Shown here piece after piece: positions 12,842 to 24,130 of a stretch of 64,000 bases of DNA (within the stretch, counting starts at the first letter, position 1; every line of letters begins with the position of its first letter). Under the pieces are notes generated by a model. It had not been told where the DNA came from. It did not search any database and saw nothing but the letters and a program-made list of their open reading frames with translations. The DNA comes from an uncultured Actinomycetota bacterium (GTDB taxonomy: Bacteria; Actinomycetota; Actinomycetes; Propionibacteriales; Propionibacteriaceae): NCBI GenBank assembly GCA_963765975.1, contig CAVXYL010000013.1:3911-67910 (forward strand), in the 5' to 3' direction. Position numbers and translations under genes: made by a program.

Positions 12842-13770
12842 GTGATCGTGTTCTCCAGTGGTTGACCGTGGGCGAAACGCTTCAGCTGGGCGGCGATCAA
12901 CCGGTCGGCGCGCGGGAAGAACGCCGAACTGGCTCCGCCGACGTGGGGCGAGATCAGCACGCCGGGCGCGCGCCACAACGGATGATCCGGCGGCAGCGGC
13001 TCGGGCTCGACCACATCGAGGGCCGCCCGGATCCGACCGGTCGAGACCTCGGCCAGCAAGGCGTCGGTATCCACCAGCCGGCCGCGGGCGACGTTGACCA
13101 GCAGGGCCTGGTCCGGCAGCAGCCGCAGCTGCTGCGCACCGATCATGCCCTCGGTCTCGGGGGTGTGCGGCGCGATGACGATGGCCACGTCGGCGTCCGG
13201 CAGCAGGGCGTCGAGCTCGGTGATCGGATGGACCTCGACGTCCCCGGTTCGCCGCCGCCGGGCCACCCGGGTCACCGACGCGACTTCGAAGCCGGCCAGC
13301 CGCCGCTCGATGGCCGCGCCGATGTTGCCGTAGCCGATGATCAACACCCGCTTGTCGGCGAGCGCGCTGCCGAATTCGACGTCCCACCGCCCGGTGCTCA
13401 TGTTGCGGGCGAAAGCTGTCCAGCCGGCGTCCGCTGGCCAGCGTCAGCGCGATCGCGAGTTCGGCGGTGCTCGCGTCGTGCACCCCGGCGGCGTTGCAGA
13501 GGGTGACCCCGTCGGGCACCGTGCGGCAGGAAGTTCTCCACCCCGGCCGTCAGGGTCTGGATGACCCGGAGGCGACTCATCTCGGTCGCCCGGGCGAGCA
13601 CCTCGGCACCCGACATGTACGGCAGCACGTAGAACTCGACCTCACCGATCGAGTCCGGCCACGGGTGCGTCGAACCCTCGGTAGCAGTCGACGTCGATAC
13701 CGGGCGGGATGCCACCGAGCCGGCGCTCGGCCTCGGCCACGTCGGCGTACGGCAGCCACGCGAGCGCCAT
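12838..13770 (-). CDS. D-2-hydroxyacid dehydrogenase (frameshifted)
   Basis: IIGYGNIG, LVNVARG, ALDV, ISPHVGG. Confidence 0.88.
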
Positions 13771-13772
13771 GG

Positions 13773-14561
13773 TCAGATCCTCCCGGCCGGCGTGGCCAGT
13801 TCTCGGACCGGATACCCGGCGGCCGCGATCGCGGCCTTCACCTCGGCGATCCGCAGCGTTCCGAAGTGGAAGACCGTTGCGGCCAGCACCGCGTCGGCCC
13901 CGGCGGCCACCGCCGGCGGAAAGTCGGCGACCCGGCCGGCGCCGCCGGAGGCGATCAGCGGCACGTCGACGACCGCGCGGACCGCCCTGATCATCTCCAG
14001 GTCGAATCCGCCGGTCGTGCCGTCGGCGTCCATCGAGTTGAGCAGGATCTCGCCCACGCCGAGCTCGACGCCGCGGCGCGCCCACTCGACCGCGTCCAGC
14101 CCGGCCGCGGTGCGACCGCCGTGGGTGGTCACCTCGAAGCCGGACCTCGTGCCGGGCGCCCGCCGGGCGTCGACCGACAGCACGAGCACCTGATTGCCGA
14201 ACCGGCTGGTGATCTCGGAGATCACCTGGGGCCGGCGGATGGCCCCGGTGTTGATCGCCACCTTGTCCGCGCCGGCCCGCAGCAGGGTGTCGACGTCGTC
14301 GACCGAGCCGACGCCGCCGCCCACGGTGAGCGGGATGAACACGGTCTCGGCCGTGCGGCGCACCACCTCGAGGGTGGTCTCCCGACCCTCGACGGAGGCC
14401 GAGATGTCGAGGAAGGTCAGCTCGTCGGCACCCTCGGCGTCGTAGACCGCGCCGAGCTCGACCGGATCGCCCGCGTCGCGCAGGTCGACGAAGTTCACGC
14501 CTTTGACCACCCGGCCGGCATGCACGTCCAGACAGGGGATGACACGGACCGCCACACTCAC
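13773..14561 (-). CDS. hisF: imidazole glycerol phosphate synthase cyclase subunit
   Basis: [34 protein letters not shown]. Confidence 0.97.
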   Translation of the reverse strand: MSVAVRVIPCLDVHAGRVVKGVNFVDLRDAGDPVELGAVYDAEGADELTFLDISASVEGRETTLEVVRRTAETVFIPLTVGGGVGSVDDVDTLLRAGADKVAINTGAIRRPQVISEITSRFGNQVLVLSVDARRAPGTRSGFEVTTHGGRTAAGLDAVEWARRGVELGVGEILLNSMDADGTTGGFDLEMIRAVRAVVDVPLIASGGAGRVADFPPAVAAGADAVLAATVFHFGTLRIAEVKAAIAAAGYPVRELATPAGRI

Positions 14562-14695
14562 GAGCGACAGCCTAGTGTCGTGAGTCTGGGGCCGTGGAAC
14601 GGCGGATCAACCTGGGATCCCGTCATGGACGCAGCCTCCGCCATCTTTGGCGGTGGGCCCGGCGAGGGTGGCGTCGGACGATTAGGGTGATCGTC

Positions 14696-16198
14696 GTGCC
14701 CGACCTCGACTCCGACTTCACGGCCTTGCCGCTTTCGGCGCTGGCCGATGCGGCCCTGTCCCGCGCCGCCGAACTGGGCTGCCGGCACGCCGAGTTCCGG
14801 GTGGAGCGGCTGCGCGAGGCGTACCGCAGCTTCCGTGATCATGGCCTGGAGTCGACGACGGACGGCCAGGTTCTCGGCCTGTCCGTCCGGGTGGTGCACA
14901 ACGGGGTGTGGGGTTTCGCGGCCGACATCGCGCTGACCCCGGACTCCGCGGCCCGACTGGCCGAGCGCGCGGTCGCCACCGCCAAGGTGTCCCGTCCGCT
15001 GACGCCGGTGTCGGTCGAACTGGCCGACGAGCAGGTGTACCCGGACGCGAGCTGGGTGTCCGCGTACGAGATCAATCCGTTCGACGTGGACGAATCGACC
15101 AAGTCCGGGCGACTGCTGGAACTGAACGAGGTGCTGCTGGCCGCACCCGGCGTCACCCACGCCGACTCGATGCTGGCCTACGTCCAGGAGAACAAGTTCT
15201 TCGCCAACCTCGCCGGCACCACGACCACCCAGCAGCGGGTACGGATCCAGACCCAGCTCACCGCCGTCAGTGTCGGTGATCATGGATTCGCCACCATGCG
15301 CAGCACCGCTCCGCCGACCGGGCGCGGCTGGGAGTATCTGACCGGGACCGGGTGGGACTTCGACGCGGAGACCGCCGAGATGCCGGAACTGCTCGCCGAA
15401 CAGGTCGCCGCCCCGTCGGTGCTGGCCGGGCACTACGACCTGGTCATCCACCCGAGCAACCTGTTCCTGACCATCCACGAGTCCATCGGGCACGCCACCG
15501 AGCTGGATCGGGCGCTCGGCTACGAGGCCGCGTACGCGGGCACCTCGTTCGCCACCTTCGACCAGCTCGGCTCGCTGCACTACGGCAGCCCGGTGATGAA
15601 CGTGACCGGCGACCGCGTCGTCGATCATGGTCTGGCGACCATCGGCTACGACGACGAGGGCGTCGGCCAGCAGCAGTTCGACCTGATCCGCGACGGCATC
15701 CTGGTCGGCTATCAGCTGAATCGCCAGATGGCCGCGGAGAAGAACCTCGGCCGCTCGAACGGCTGCGCGTACGCCGACTCCCCCGGTCACATCCCGATGC
15801 AGCGGATGCCCAACGTCTCCCTGCAACCGGCGCCCGACGGCCCCTCCACCGAGGAGTTGATCTCCGGCGTCGACCGCGGCATCTACATCGTCGGCGACAA
15901 GTCCTGGTCGATCGACATGCAGCGCTACAACTTCCAGTTCACCGGGCAGCGCTTCTTCAAGATCACCGACGGCCGGCTGGACGGGCAGCTCAAGGACGTC
16001 GCCTACCAGGCGACGACGACCGATTTCTGGCGTTCGATGGAGGCCGTCGGCAACGCCGAGACCTATCAGCTCGGCGGCGCGTTCAACTGCGGCAAGGGTC
16101 AACCCGGCCAGGTCGCACCGGTGTCCCACGGCTGCCCGTCGGCGTTGTTCCGCCGGGTGAACGTGCTGAACACCCAGGCCGAGGGGGCGGACTCGTGA
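14696..16198 (+). CDS. tldD: TldD-family metalloprotease
   Basis: HESIGHATELD HExxxH, DDEG, RMPN, CGKGQPGQ. Confidence 0.9.
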   Translation: MPDLDSDFTALPLSALADAALSRAAELGCRHAEFRVERLREAYRSFRDHGLESTTDGQVLGLSVRVVHNGVWGFAADIALTPDSAARLAERAVATAKVSRPLTPVSVELADEQVYPDASWVSAYEINPFDVDESTKSGRLLELNEVLLAAPGVTHADSMLAYVQENKFFANLAGTTTTQQRVRIQTQLTAVSVGDHGFATMRSTAPPTGRGWEYLTGTGWDFDAETAEMPELLAEQVAAPSVLAGHYDLVIHPSNLFLTIHESIGHATELDRALGYEAAYAGTSFATFDQLGSLHYGSPVMNVTGDRVVDHGLATIGYDDEGVGQQQFDLIRDGILVGYQLNRQMAAEKNLGRSNGCAYADSPGHIPMQRMPNVSLQPAPDGPSTEELISGVDRGIYIVGDKSWSIDMQRYNFQFTGQRFFKITDGRLDGQLKDVAYQATTTDFWRSMEAVGNAETYQLGGAFNCGKGQPGQVAPVSHGCPSALFRRVNVLNTQAEGADS

Positions 16199-17610
16199 CC
16201 GAGCCGGCACGGATCGATCCCGGCCCCCAGCAACTGGTGGAACTGGCGCTCGAACACGCCACGCTGCCGACCGTGGCCGTCGTCACCCAGCGCATCGAGG
16301 CGAACCTGCGCTGGGCGAACAATGCGCTCACCACCAACGGCGAGATGCGCAGCGTCACCCTCACCGTCATCTGCACGGCCGCGGTCGAGGACGGCACCTC
16401 GGCCGGCACCGTCAGCCAGGAGATCTCCGATCCGGCAGCGGTCTCGGCGGTCGTCGCCGAGGCCGAACGGCTCGCCCGGAGTGGATCAGCCGCCGAGGAC
16501 GCCGCCGAGCCGGTGGCCGACTATCCGCACTCCGACGTCTGGGACGCCCCACCGGAGACGACCGGCATCGAGGTGCTCGCCGAGCTGGCCAGAGCGCTCG
16601 GCGACGCCTTCGACCGGGCCCGGGCGGCCGACCAGCTGCTGTTCGGCTTCGCCGAGCACGTGGTGAGCACCAGTTATCTCGGCAGCAGCACCGGCCTGCG
16701 GCGACGCGGCGTCCAGCCGACCGGACGGCTCGAGCTGAACGCCAAATCCGCCGACCTCTCGGCCTCGGCCTGGGTCGGACGCCCCACCCGGGACTTCACC
16801 GACGTGGACATCGCCGAGCTGCACGCCGGCCTGACCATTCAGCTCGGCTGGGCGCAGCACCGGATCGAACTGGCGCCGGGGCGCTACGAGACCCTGCTGC
16901 CGCCCGGGGCCGTGGCCGACCTGCTGGTCTACATGTACTGGACGGCCAATGCCCGGGACGCCGAGGAGGGCCGCAACGTCTTCGCCGGTCCCGACCGCAC
17001 CACGCGGATCGGCGAGACGCTGTCCCAGCTGCCGATCACCCTGCATTCGGATCCGCGCTATCCCGGTTCGGAGACCATCCCGTTCGTCGACTCGCCGTTC
17101 AGCTCCGACGGCACCTCCTGGGCGTTCGACGCCGGCCAGCCCATCGAGAAGACGGTCTGGATCGACCGTGGCGTGCTCAGCGAGCTGATCCGCAATCGGG
17201 CGCAGGCCGCCCGCACCGGTGCGGCGCCGACACCGCCGCCGGACAACTTGATCATGGACGCCGGCGGCACCGCGACGCTGGAGGAGATGATCGCCGGCAC
17301 CGAACGCGGGCTGCTGCTGACCTGCCTGTGGTACATCCGCGATGTCGATCCGGAGCGGCTGCTGCTGACCGGTCTGACCCGGGACGGCGTCTATCTGATC
17401 GAGCACGGCGAGGTGGTCGGCGCGGTGAACAACTTCCGGTTCAACGAGTCGCCGGTCGAACTGCTCGGCCGGATCACCGAGGTCGGCGCCACCCAGGTCA
17501 CCCTGTGCCGGGAGTGGAACGACTTCTTCCACCACACGGTGATGCCGCCCATCCGGGTCCCGGACTTCAACATGTCCACCGTCGAGCCAAGCCTCCTGAA
17601 CCCTTTTTAA
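16195..17610 (+). CDS. TldE/PmbA-family partner subunit
   Basis: GTGA overlap with tldD; LRWANN, LTGLTRDG, NNFRFNESP; no HExxxH. Confidence 0.85.
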   Translation: MTEPARIDPGPQQLVELALEHATLPTVAVVTQRIEANLRWANNALTTNGEMRSVTLTVICTAAVEDGTSAGTVSQEISDPAAVSAVVAEAERLARSGSAAEDAAEPVADYPHSDVWDAPPETTGIEVLAELARALGDAFDRARAADQLLFGFAEHVVSTSYLGSSTGLRRRGVQPTGRLELNAKSADLSASAWVGRPTRDFTDVDIAELHAGLTIQLGWAQHRIELAPGRYETLLPPGAVADLLVYMYWTANARDAEEGRNVFAGPDRTTRIGETLSQLPITLHSDPRYPGSETIPFVDSPFSSDGTSWAFDAGQPIEKTVWIDRGVLSELIRNRAQAARTGAAPTPPPDNLIMDAGGTATLEEMIAGTERGLLLTCLWYIRDVDPERLLLTGLTRDGVYLIEHGEVVGAVNNFRFNESPVELLGRITEVGATQVTLCREWNDFFHHTVMPPIRVPDFNMSTVEPSLLNPF

Positions 17611-17749
17611 ATGCAAGGGGGACGACCCCCTTGAACCCCCGCGGCGTGCACAAGAACACACGGGAGCACGCCCGGTCTCGAAATGCAAGGGGGACGACCC
17701 CCTTGAACCCCCGCGGCGTGCGCAAGAAAACACGGGAGCACGCCCGGTC
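17609..17749 (+). repeat. 72-bp tandem palindromic repeat x2 (family B)
   Basis: Units start at 17609 and 17681; hairpin CAAGGGGG-ACGA-CCCCCTTG; inverted copies near 39790 and 44517. Confidence 0.9.
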
Positions 17750-17751
17750 AA

Positions 17752-17790
17752 GATGAGAGCTCTCTCATCGAGGTCTCCTTGGCCGTCTCA
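17752..17790. promoter_or_regulatory. putative response-regulator operator
   Basis: GATGAG-N6-CTCATC plus TCTCA/TCTCC/TCTCA at 17763, 17774, 17786; twin at 20427. Confidence 0.55.
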
Positions 17791-17814
17791 CCCCGGCCCG
17801 GTTTGCTAGTGCCC

Positions 17815-18198
17815 ATGAACAAGAAGAAATGGATCGTCATCGGCGGCGCTGCTTCCGCCTTCGCTCTTGCACCCTTGGCCGCCGCGGCGGGACCGTCCCT
17901 GTTCGATCAGCCCATGTCGGGATCCGGCGTCGTGGTGGCCGCTGCCACCACCGGACCCTCGGCCGAAGCGGGCGACCCGACGGCGACCGGTGCGCCGGAC
18001 GGCACCAACACCGTCACCCCGGCCAGCCCGCAGACCCCCGGCGAGACGGTGACGCCGACGAGTCCGGCCACCCCGCCGACCCAGGCGAGCCCGCCCAGCC
18101 CCGTCACCCCGAACAGCCCGGCCTCCGCCAAGTCACCGGTCTCACCGAAGACGGCGAACTCGCCCGCTTCGCCGCGTTCCCCGCAGACCCCGAACTGA
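17815..18198 (+). CDS. small secreted Ser/Thr/Pro triplet-repeat protein
   Basis: MNKKKW-hydrophobic-AAA signal peptide; (x-S/T-P)n C-terminus. Confidence 0.75.
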   Translation: MNKKKWIVIGGAASAFALAPLAAAAGPSLFDQPMSGSGVVVAAATTGPSAEAGDPTATGAPDGTNTVTPASPQTPGETVTPTSPATPPTQASPPSPVTPNSPASAKSPVSPKTANSPASPRSPQTPN

Positions 18199-18214
18199 GA
18201 TGATCACACGACGC

Positions 18215-18886
18215 TCAGCGTCCCAACCGATAACCGGCGCCGCGGACCGTCTCGATCCGCGGCCCGGTGATCTTGTTCCGCAGATAGCGGACGTACACGT
18301 CGACCACGTTGGAACCCGGGTCGAAGTCGTACCCCCAGACCCTCGACAGCAACTGCTCGCGACTGAGCACCTGGCCCGGGTGTTGCAGGAACATCTCCAG
18401 CAGCGCGAACTCCCGGGCGGACAGTTCCACGTGGCGATCGCCCAAGCTGGCGATCCTGGTCCGGACGTCGAGGCGCAGGTCACCGTGGGCCAGGTTGCCG
18501 TTCGGCTGGCCCTGCTCGGCCGATCCTTGATCACGTAGCCGGATCCGCACCCGGGCCAGCAGCTCCTCGAACCGGAACGGCTTGCTCATGTAGTCGTCGG
18601 CGCCACCCTCGAGACCGGCGACCGTGTCGGTGACCGAGTCACGCGCCGTCAAGATGATCACCGGCATCGCCGATCCCTGTCCACGCAGGGCTTCCAGGAC
18701 CTCGAACCCGTCCAGCTGCGGCAGTCCGATGTCCAAGATCATCAGATCGAACTCTCCGGACACCGCGTGCTCCAGCGCCTCGCGGCCATCACCGGCGACC
18801 AGCGTCGAATGTCCCGCGGCCCGCAGGCCCTTGTCCACGAAGGCGGCGATCCGCGCCTCGTCCTCGGCGATCAGGATCGCTGCCAT
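18215..18886 (-). CDS. OmpR-family response regulator
   Basis: ILIAEDE, LDIGLP, GADDYMSKPF, NVVDVYVRYLR, IETVRGAGY. Confidence 0.93.
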   Translation of the reverse strand: MAAILIAEDEARIAAFVDKGLRAAGHSTLVAGDGREALEHAVSGEFDLMILDIGLPQLDGFEVLEALRGQGSAMPVIILTARDSVTDTVAGLEGGADDYMSKPFRFEELLARVRIRLRDQGSAEQGQPNGNLAHGDLRLDVRTRIASLGDRHVELSAREFALLEMFLQHPGQVLSREQLLSRVWGYDFDPGSNVVDVYVRYLRNKITGPRIETVRGAGYRLGR

Positions 18887-20383
18887 GACTGCTCCTCGAG
18901 TGCTGGTCCGGTGGGCGCGGCGGCGACAGCCGGCGGCGTCCGCTGCGGAATGATCATGGTAAAGGTCGCGCCCTGGCCCGGGGTGCTGTCGACGGTCACG
19001 GTGCCGTGGTGGGCCTCGACGATCGCGTTGACGATCGACAGACCGAGACCGGCGCCGCCGTCCTCGGCGGTCCGGGACGTTCCCTCGGCTCCGCGGTGGA
19101 AGCGCTCGAAGATGAACGTCCTGGTCAGCCGGGTCGATCCCGGTGCCGGCGTCACGAACCCAGAACCGATGCTCGGCACCGTCGGTCCGCGCGCCGAGGG
19201 CGATCACGGCACCCGGCTCGGTGAAGCGGACCGCGTTGGCGACGAGTTGGAGCAGCGCCTGGGTGATCCGTTGCGGATCGAGCCATCCGGTGCTCTCCGA
19301 CGCCGCGTCGACGGTCCACCGACGGTCGGCGATCGGCGACACCTTCTCGAACACGGCGTAGATCAACTCGTCCAACGCCACCTCCTCGAGCCGGATGAAG
19401 TCGGGCCGGCTGGCCTTGGCCAGCACCATCAGCTCCTCGACCAGGCGCTGCATCCGGTCCAGCTCGTCCAGTGCCAGGTCGCGGGTCTTGATCACGTCGC
19501 CGGGATCGTCGACGTCGACCAGTTCCAGGTGGCCGCGGACGATGGTGATCGGGGTGCGCAGCTCGTGGCCGGCGTCGTCGAGCATCCGTCGCTGCGCGTC
19601 GAAGGACGACGACAGCCGGTCCAGCATCGCGTTCATGGTGCGCCCGAGGTCGGCGACCTCGTCCTTGCTGGACAGCAGCTCCTCGGGGATGCGGCTCTGC
19701 AGGTCGGTGTCGGTGATCTGTTGCGCCGTACGCCGCAGGGTGCGCAACGGCGACAGCAGGCGTCCCGCGACCTGGTAGCCGACGAACCCGACGACCAGCA
19801 GGGCGAGCAGACAGATCGCCGCGTACGTCAGGTGGGTCCGGTTGACCGGCGCCATCGCCGCCCGGACATCGACGACCGCGACATAGTGTCCGAGGTCGGT
19901 GGAGCCGCGCACCTGGATCGGGACCGAGATGAACGCCAGCGGCCCGTGCGCGGGGGTCTGCAGTTCGCGGACGAAGACCGGCTCACCGGGCATCGTGGAC
20001 GCGGCGGCCCGGACCAGGTCCTCGTCGTCGGCCAGCGTCTGCTGGAACCGGTCGTCGGACTGCGGCACCCAGGTGACCTTGGAGTTGACCAGGCCGAGGA
20101 TCGCCTCGTCCGGATCCGGCACCGTGCTCTTGATCGCGACGTAGAGCACGTCGCCCGGACCGCGGATCGGCCGGCCCGCGTTCCCCGCCTCGGCGATCGC
20201 CGCGACCGTCTTGATCTCGGCGTTCTCCTGGCTCAGGGCGCGCTGGATGCCGTCGTAGGTGGAGTGCCGGGCCAGCAGATAGGACACCGTCCCGGCGCCG
20301 ACCATGCCGAGCAAGGTGGTGATCAACACCGCGGTCATGATGCGCACCCGGACCGACGGCGCTGCTCTGACTCGGGCTGACAC
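18871..20383 (-). CDS. sensor histidine kinase (frameshift near 19130)
   Basis: Two TM, HAMP, HELRTP H-box, NAVRF, GAGLGLSIV in the second frame. Confidence 0.92.
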
Positions 20384-20426
20384 CTGTCCAGCATGCCAAG
20401 CGGGCAAAGAAAAGGAGAGCCGGGGC

Positions 20427-20464
20427 GATGAGGATCTTCTCATCGGCGGCTCACGGCTGTCTCA
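20427..20464. promoter_or_regulatory. putative response-regulator operator
   Basis: GATGAG-N6-CTCATC plus TCTCA/GCTCA/TCTCA at 20438, 20449, 20460 (11-bp period). Confidence 0.55.
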
Positions 20465-20528
20465 CCGGCGACCGGTGAACTGATCTCACCAAGCACCCCA
20501 GAGACACTCTTCCCAGAAGGAGATCATC

Positions 20529-21143
20529 ATGATCAACAACTCGATCCGGGCCCGCCGGACCATCGCCGGCCTCAGCGTCGTCCTGCTCGGCGGGGCGGGC
20601 CTGTGGCTCGGCGCCGTCGCCCCGGCCAGCGCCGCCGCCGCGCAGACCTGCCACGGGCTGACCGCAACCATCGTCGGCACCTCCGGCGCCGACGAGCTCA
20701 ACGGCACCTCCGGCCGGGACGTGATCGTCGGCCTGGGCGGCAACGACGAGATCGACGGCAACGGCGGCAACGACGTGATCTGCGCGGGCGCCGGCCGCGA
20801 CGAGGTCGACGGCGGCAGCGGCAACGACTTCATCTCCGGCGGCACCGGTCACGACGAGTTGGACGGCGAGTCCGGCCGCGACACCGTGTGGGGCGGCAGC
20901 GGACGCGACGACCTGAGCGGCGGCAGCGGCAACGACAAGCTGAGCGGCGGCAAGCACAACGACAAGATCGACGGCGACTCCGGTGACGACAAGCTGTGGG
21001 GCCGGACCGGTCGTGACTTCCTGGAAGGCGGCCGCGGCAGCGACCGGCTGAACGGCGGCGCCGGCAATGACCAGAAGTACCAGGGCAACGCCTCCGAGCG
21101 GGCCGAGGACGCCTGGGAGCGCGCCCACGGCATCGACGACTGA
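20529..21143 (+). CDS. secreted RTX/hemolysin-type Ca2+-binding repeat protein
   Basis: Signal peptide; many GGxGxDxLx nonapeptides; SD AGAAGGAG. Confidence 0.85.
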   Translation: MINNSIRARRTIAGLSVVLLGGAGLWLGAVAPASAAAAQTCHGLTATIVGTSGADELNGTSGRDVIVGLGGNDEIDGNGGNDVICAGAGRDEVDGGSGNDFISGGTGHDELDGESGRDTVWGGSGRDDLSGGSGNDKLSGGKHNDKIDGDSGDDKLWGRTGRDFLEGGRGSDRLNGGAGNDQKYQGNASERAEDAWERAHGIDD

Positions 21144-21173
21144 CCGATCCCACCTCCCGGGATCCGCACGCAT

Positions 21174-21236
21174 TCGTGTCCTGAGCTTCGTCGTTGGACC
21201 GCCCCATCCTGCCTTTCGACAAGCTCAGGGCGCGAT
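21174..21236. repeat. REP-like family A doublet
   Basis: tcgtgtcctgagc...ttcgacaagctcagggcgcgat between convergent genes. Confidence 0.75.
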
Positions 21237-21240
21237 AGCT

Positions 21241-24130
21241 TCAGTCCTCGTCGGGTGAGTAGGTGACGACACCACGGCGCAGGGCACGGATCAGGGCCCG
21301 GGCGGTCTCGCGGAGACCGCCCGGGCCCGCCGCGTCGGCGATCTGCCCGGCGAAGTCGGCCACCTGGCGGATCCAGCGGACGAAGTCACCGGCCGTCAGG
21401 TCGGTGTCGGCCAGCACCGCCGAGAGCGATCGCCCGGACGCCCAGCCGTACGCGACCTCGCTGAACCCGATGTCCGGTTCGCCGGCGCGCTCCAGCCGGG
21501 TGTCCCGCTCGATCAGCGACACCTCGCGCCAGATCCGGCGTACCTGGGTCATCGCGTCATTGGTCCGGGCGTCGGGCAATCGTGGCCGCCGCTCGCCGTC
21601 GTCACTGCCGCCGGGCCTCGTAGACGAACGCCGCCAGCACCGCCGCCAGTTGCGGCGGGGTCAGATCGTCGAACACCCCGGCGCGAACGGATTCGGCGGC
21701 GACCAGGTCGAGCTCGGCGTAGATCCGGGCCAGCATCCGGCCGTGCTCGGTGACCGCACCGTCGGACAGGTAGCCGAGCGACTCCAGCACCAGGCAGATC
21801 TTGTCGAAATGATTGGCGATCGTGTTGGTCCTGGTGGCGGACCGCGCCTGCAACCGGGTGCTCTCGGCCTCGAGCTTCAACGCCCGTTCGGCCCATCGGG
21901 CATGGGTGTCCCGGTCGGGGCAGTTGTGGCAGGGATGCCGGCGCAGCTCGGCCCGCAGCTCCTCGATCCGGGAGCCCAGTTCATGATCAACTCCCGGCTT
22001 GCGGTAGCGCGGCGCACTGAGGTCGATCTCGGCCAGCTTGGACCGGAAGGCGGCGGCGAGGTTGCGCCGCGACGCCGCGTCCTTGGGATTGAAGTGCTTG
22101 CCGATCTTCATCCGGCCCGCAATCGCCGGTGGGGTGGGGAAATCGGTGAGCGACAGCCGCCGTACCTGCCGATCTTCGGTCAGCACCAGGGGTCGCGGCG
22201 CTTCATGATCATTTCGGCTGCCCGGGTCGATGATCACCGCCCAGCCCTGGCTCCGGCCGCTCGGCACCCGGACGATGTCACCCGGCTTCAAGATCAACAG
22301 CGTCTGCATCGCCTCGGCCTTGCGGTCCGACTGGCGTTCCCGGGCGGCCTCGGCCTCCAGCCGCGCGATCTCGGCCCGCAGCCGTGCGTAGCCGACGAAG
22401 TCACCGCGTTCGCAGGCTGCGGCCTCCCAGTAGCCGTCGATCCCTTCGGTGTTCCGGGCCAGGGTGCGCGCCACGCCGACCACCGAGCGGTCGGACTGGA
22501 ACTGCGCGAACGACTGTTCCAGGAGGGTACGCGCCCGGTCCCGGCCGACGCTGGCCACCAGGTTGACCGCCATGTTGTAGGTCGGCGCGAACGAGGACCG
22601 GAGCGGATAGGTACGCCGCGACGCCAGCCCGGCGACCGCGCGCGGATCCAGGCCCGGCTGCCACAGCACGACGGCGTGACCCTCGACGTCGATGCCCCGG
22701 CGCCCGGCCCGACCGGTGAGCTGGGTGTACTCCCCCGGCGTGACGTCGGCGTGGGTCTCGCCGTTGTACTTGACCAGCTTCTCCAGGACCACCGATCGCG
22801 CCGGCATGTTGATGCCGAGAGCCAGCGTCTCGGTGGCGAAGACGACCTTGATCAGGCCGTTGACGAAGGCCTCCTCGACGCATTCCTTGAAGGCGGGCAG
22901 CATGCCGGCGTGGTGGGCGGCGATGCCGCGGATCAGCGCCTCGGCGAACCGGTCGTAGTCGAGCGCGCGGAGGTCGGCGCCGGACAGTCCGGCCACATGC
23001 CGCGCCAGGATCGCGCCGATCTCCTGCTGCTCGCCGGGACTGGTCAGCCGGACGCCGGACGCCAGCAGCTGGCGCACCGCGGCATCACAGCCCACCCGGG
23101 AGAAGATGAAGACGATCGCCGGCAGCAGGGCCTCGGCGTCGAGCAGCTCGACCATCTCCGGCCGGCTCGGCCCTCTTCGCACCCGCCCCGACCAACCCGC
23201 ATCGCGGCCTGAGCCGCTCCCCGCGCGCCCTGAGCCACCCCCGCGCCGCGCCCTGAGCCGCCACCCACCGCGCCCTGAGCTCGTCGAAGGGTGCGCCGCT
23301 CCCCCGTAGGACCCGCTGCCGTAGCTGACCGTCCGCTTGCCCTTGCCGGAGCGGCCGCGGGGCCGGCGCGAGTCGTCTCGGACGTAGCGCGACTCCTCGC
23401 GGGCGACCCGGACCAGGGCCGGGTTGACCTCGGTCCGGCCACCACTGTCGGAGTCCTTGAACAGGTCGTAGATCGTGTTGCCGACCAGCACGTGCTGGAA
23501 CAGCGGCACCGGGCGACGTTCGGAGACCACGACCGCCATCTCGCCCCGCACCTCCGACAGCCACTCGCCGAACTCCTCGGCGTTGCTCACCGTCGCCGAC
23601 AGCGCGACCACCTGGATCGACTCCGCCAGTCCGATGATCACCTCCTCCCAGACCGCGCCGCGGAAGCGATCGGCGAGATAGTGCACCTCGTCCATCACCA
23701 CGTAGCCGAGATTCAGCAGGGTGTCCGAGCGGGCGTAGATCATGTTGCGCAGCACCTCGGTGGTCATCACGACCACCGGCGCCTCGGAGTTGATCGAGGA
23801 GTCCCCGGTCAGCAGACCGACCTGGTCGGCACCGTGCCGGCGCACCAGATCGGCGTACTTCTGGTTGGAGAGGGCCTTGATCGGGGTGGTGTAGAAGCAC
23901 TTCCGGCCCTGGTGCAGAGCCAGGAACACCGCGAACTCGCCGACGATCGTCTTGCCGGCCCCGGTCGGCGCGGCCACCAGCACGCCGGACCCGGCCTCGA
24001 CATGGGCGCAGGCCTCGCGCTGGTAGTCGTCGAAGCTGAAGCCGTAGCCGTCGGCGAACTTCGCCAGCAACGGGGACGACCGGTTGCTGTGGAACCTCGC
24101 GTACGCCTCGGCCGGGCTGGGCTCGCTCAC
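21241..24130 (-). CDS. helY: Ski2-like DEVH RNA helicase (frameshift near 21600)
   Basis: APTGAGKT, PIKALSNQK, DEVH, SAT, QLTGRAGRRG, AGDFVRW. Confidence 0.93.
23201..23291. repeat. family A-derived tandem repeats inside helY
   Basis: cgcgccctgagc-like copies at 23201, 23224, 23247, 23269; the last continues tcgtcgaaggg. Confidence 0.7.

Noticed and set aside
14696-17610. tldD/tldE as part of a RiPP cluster
   Set aside because: No YcaO enzyme, precursor peptide or transporter nearby.
17609-17749. Possible CRISPR array
   Set aside because: Only two near-identical 72-bp units, no unique spacers and no cas genes.
18215-20443. 742-aa hybrid histidine kinase-response regulator ORF
   Set aside because: The kinase G2 box lies in another frame (18871-19179); a frameshift creates the apparent fusion and the regulator has its own SD and ATG at 18886.
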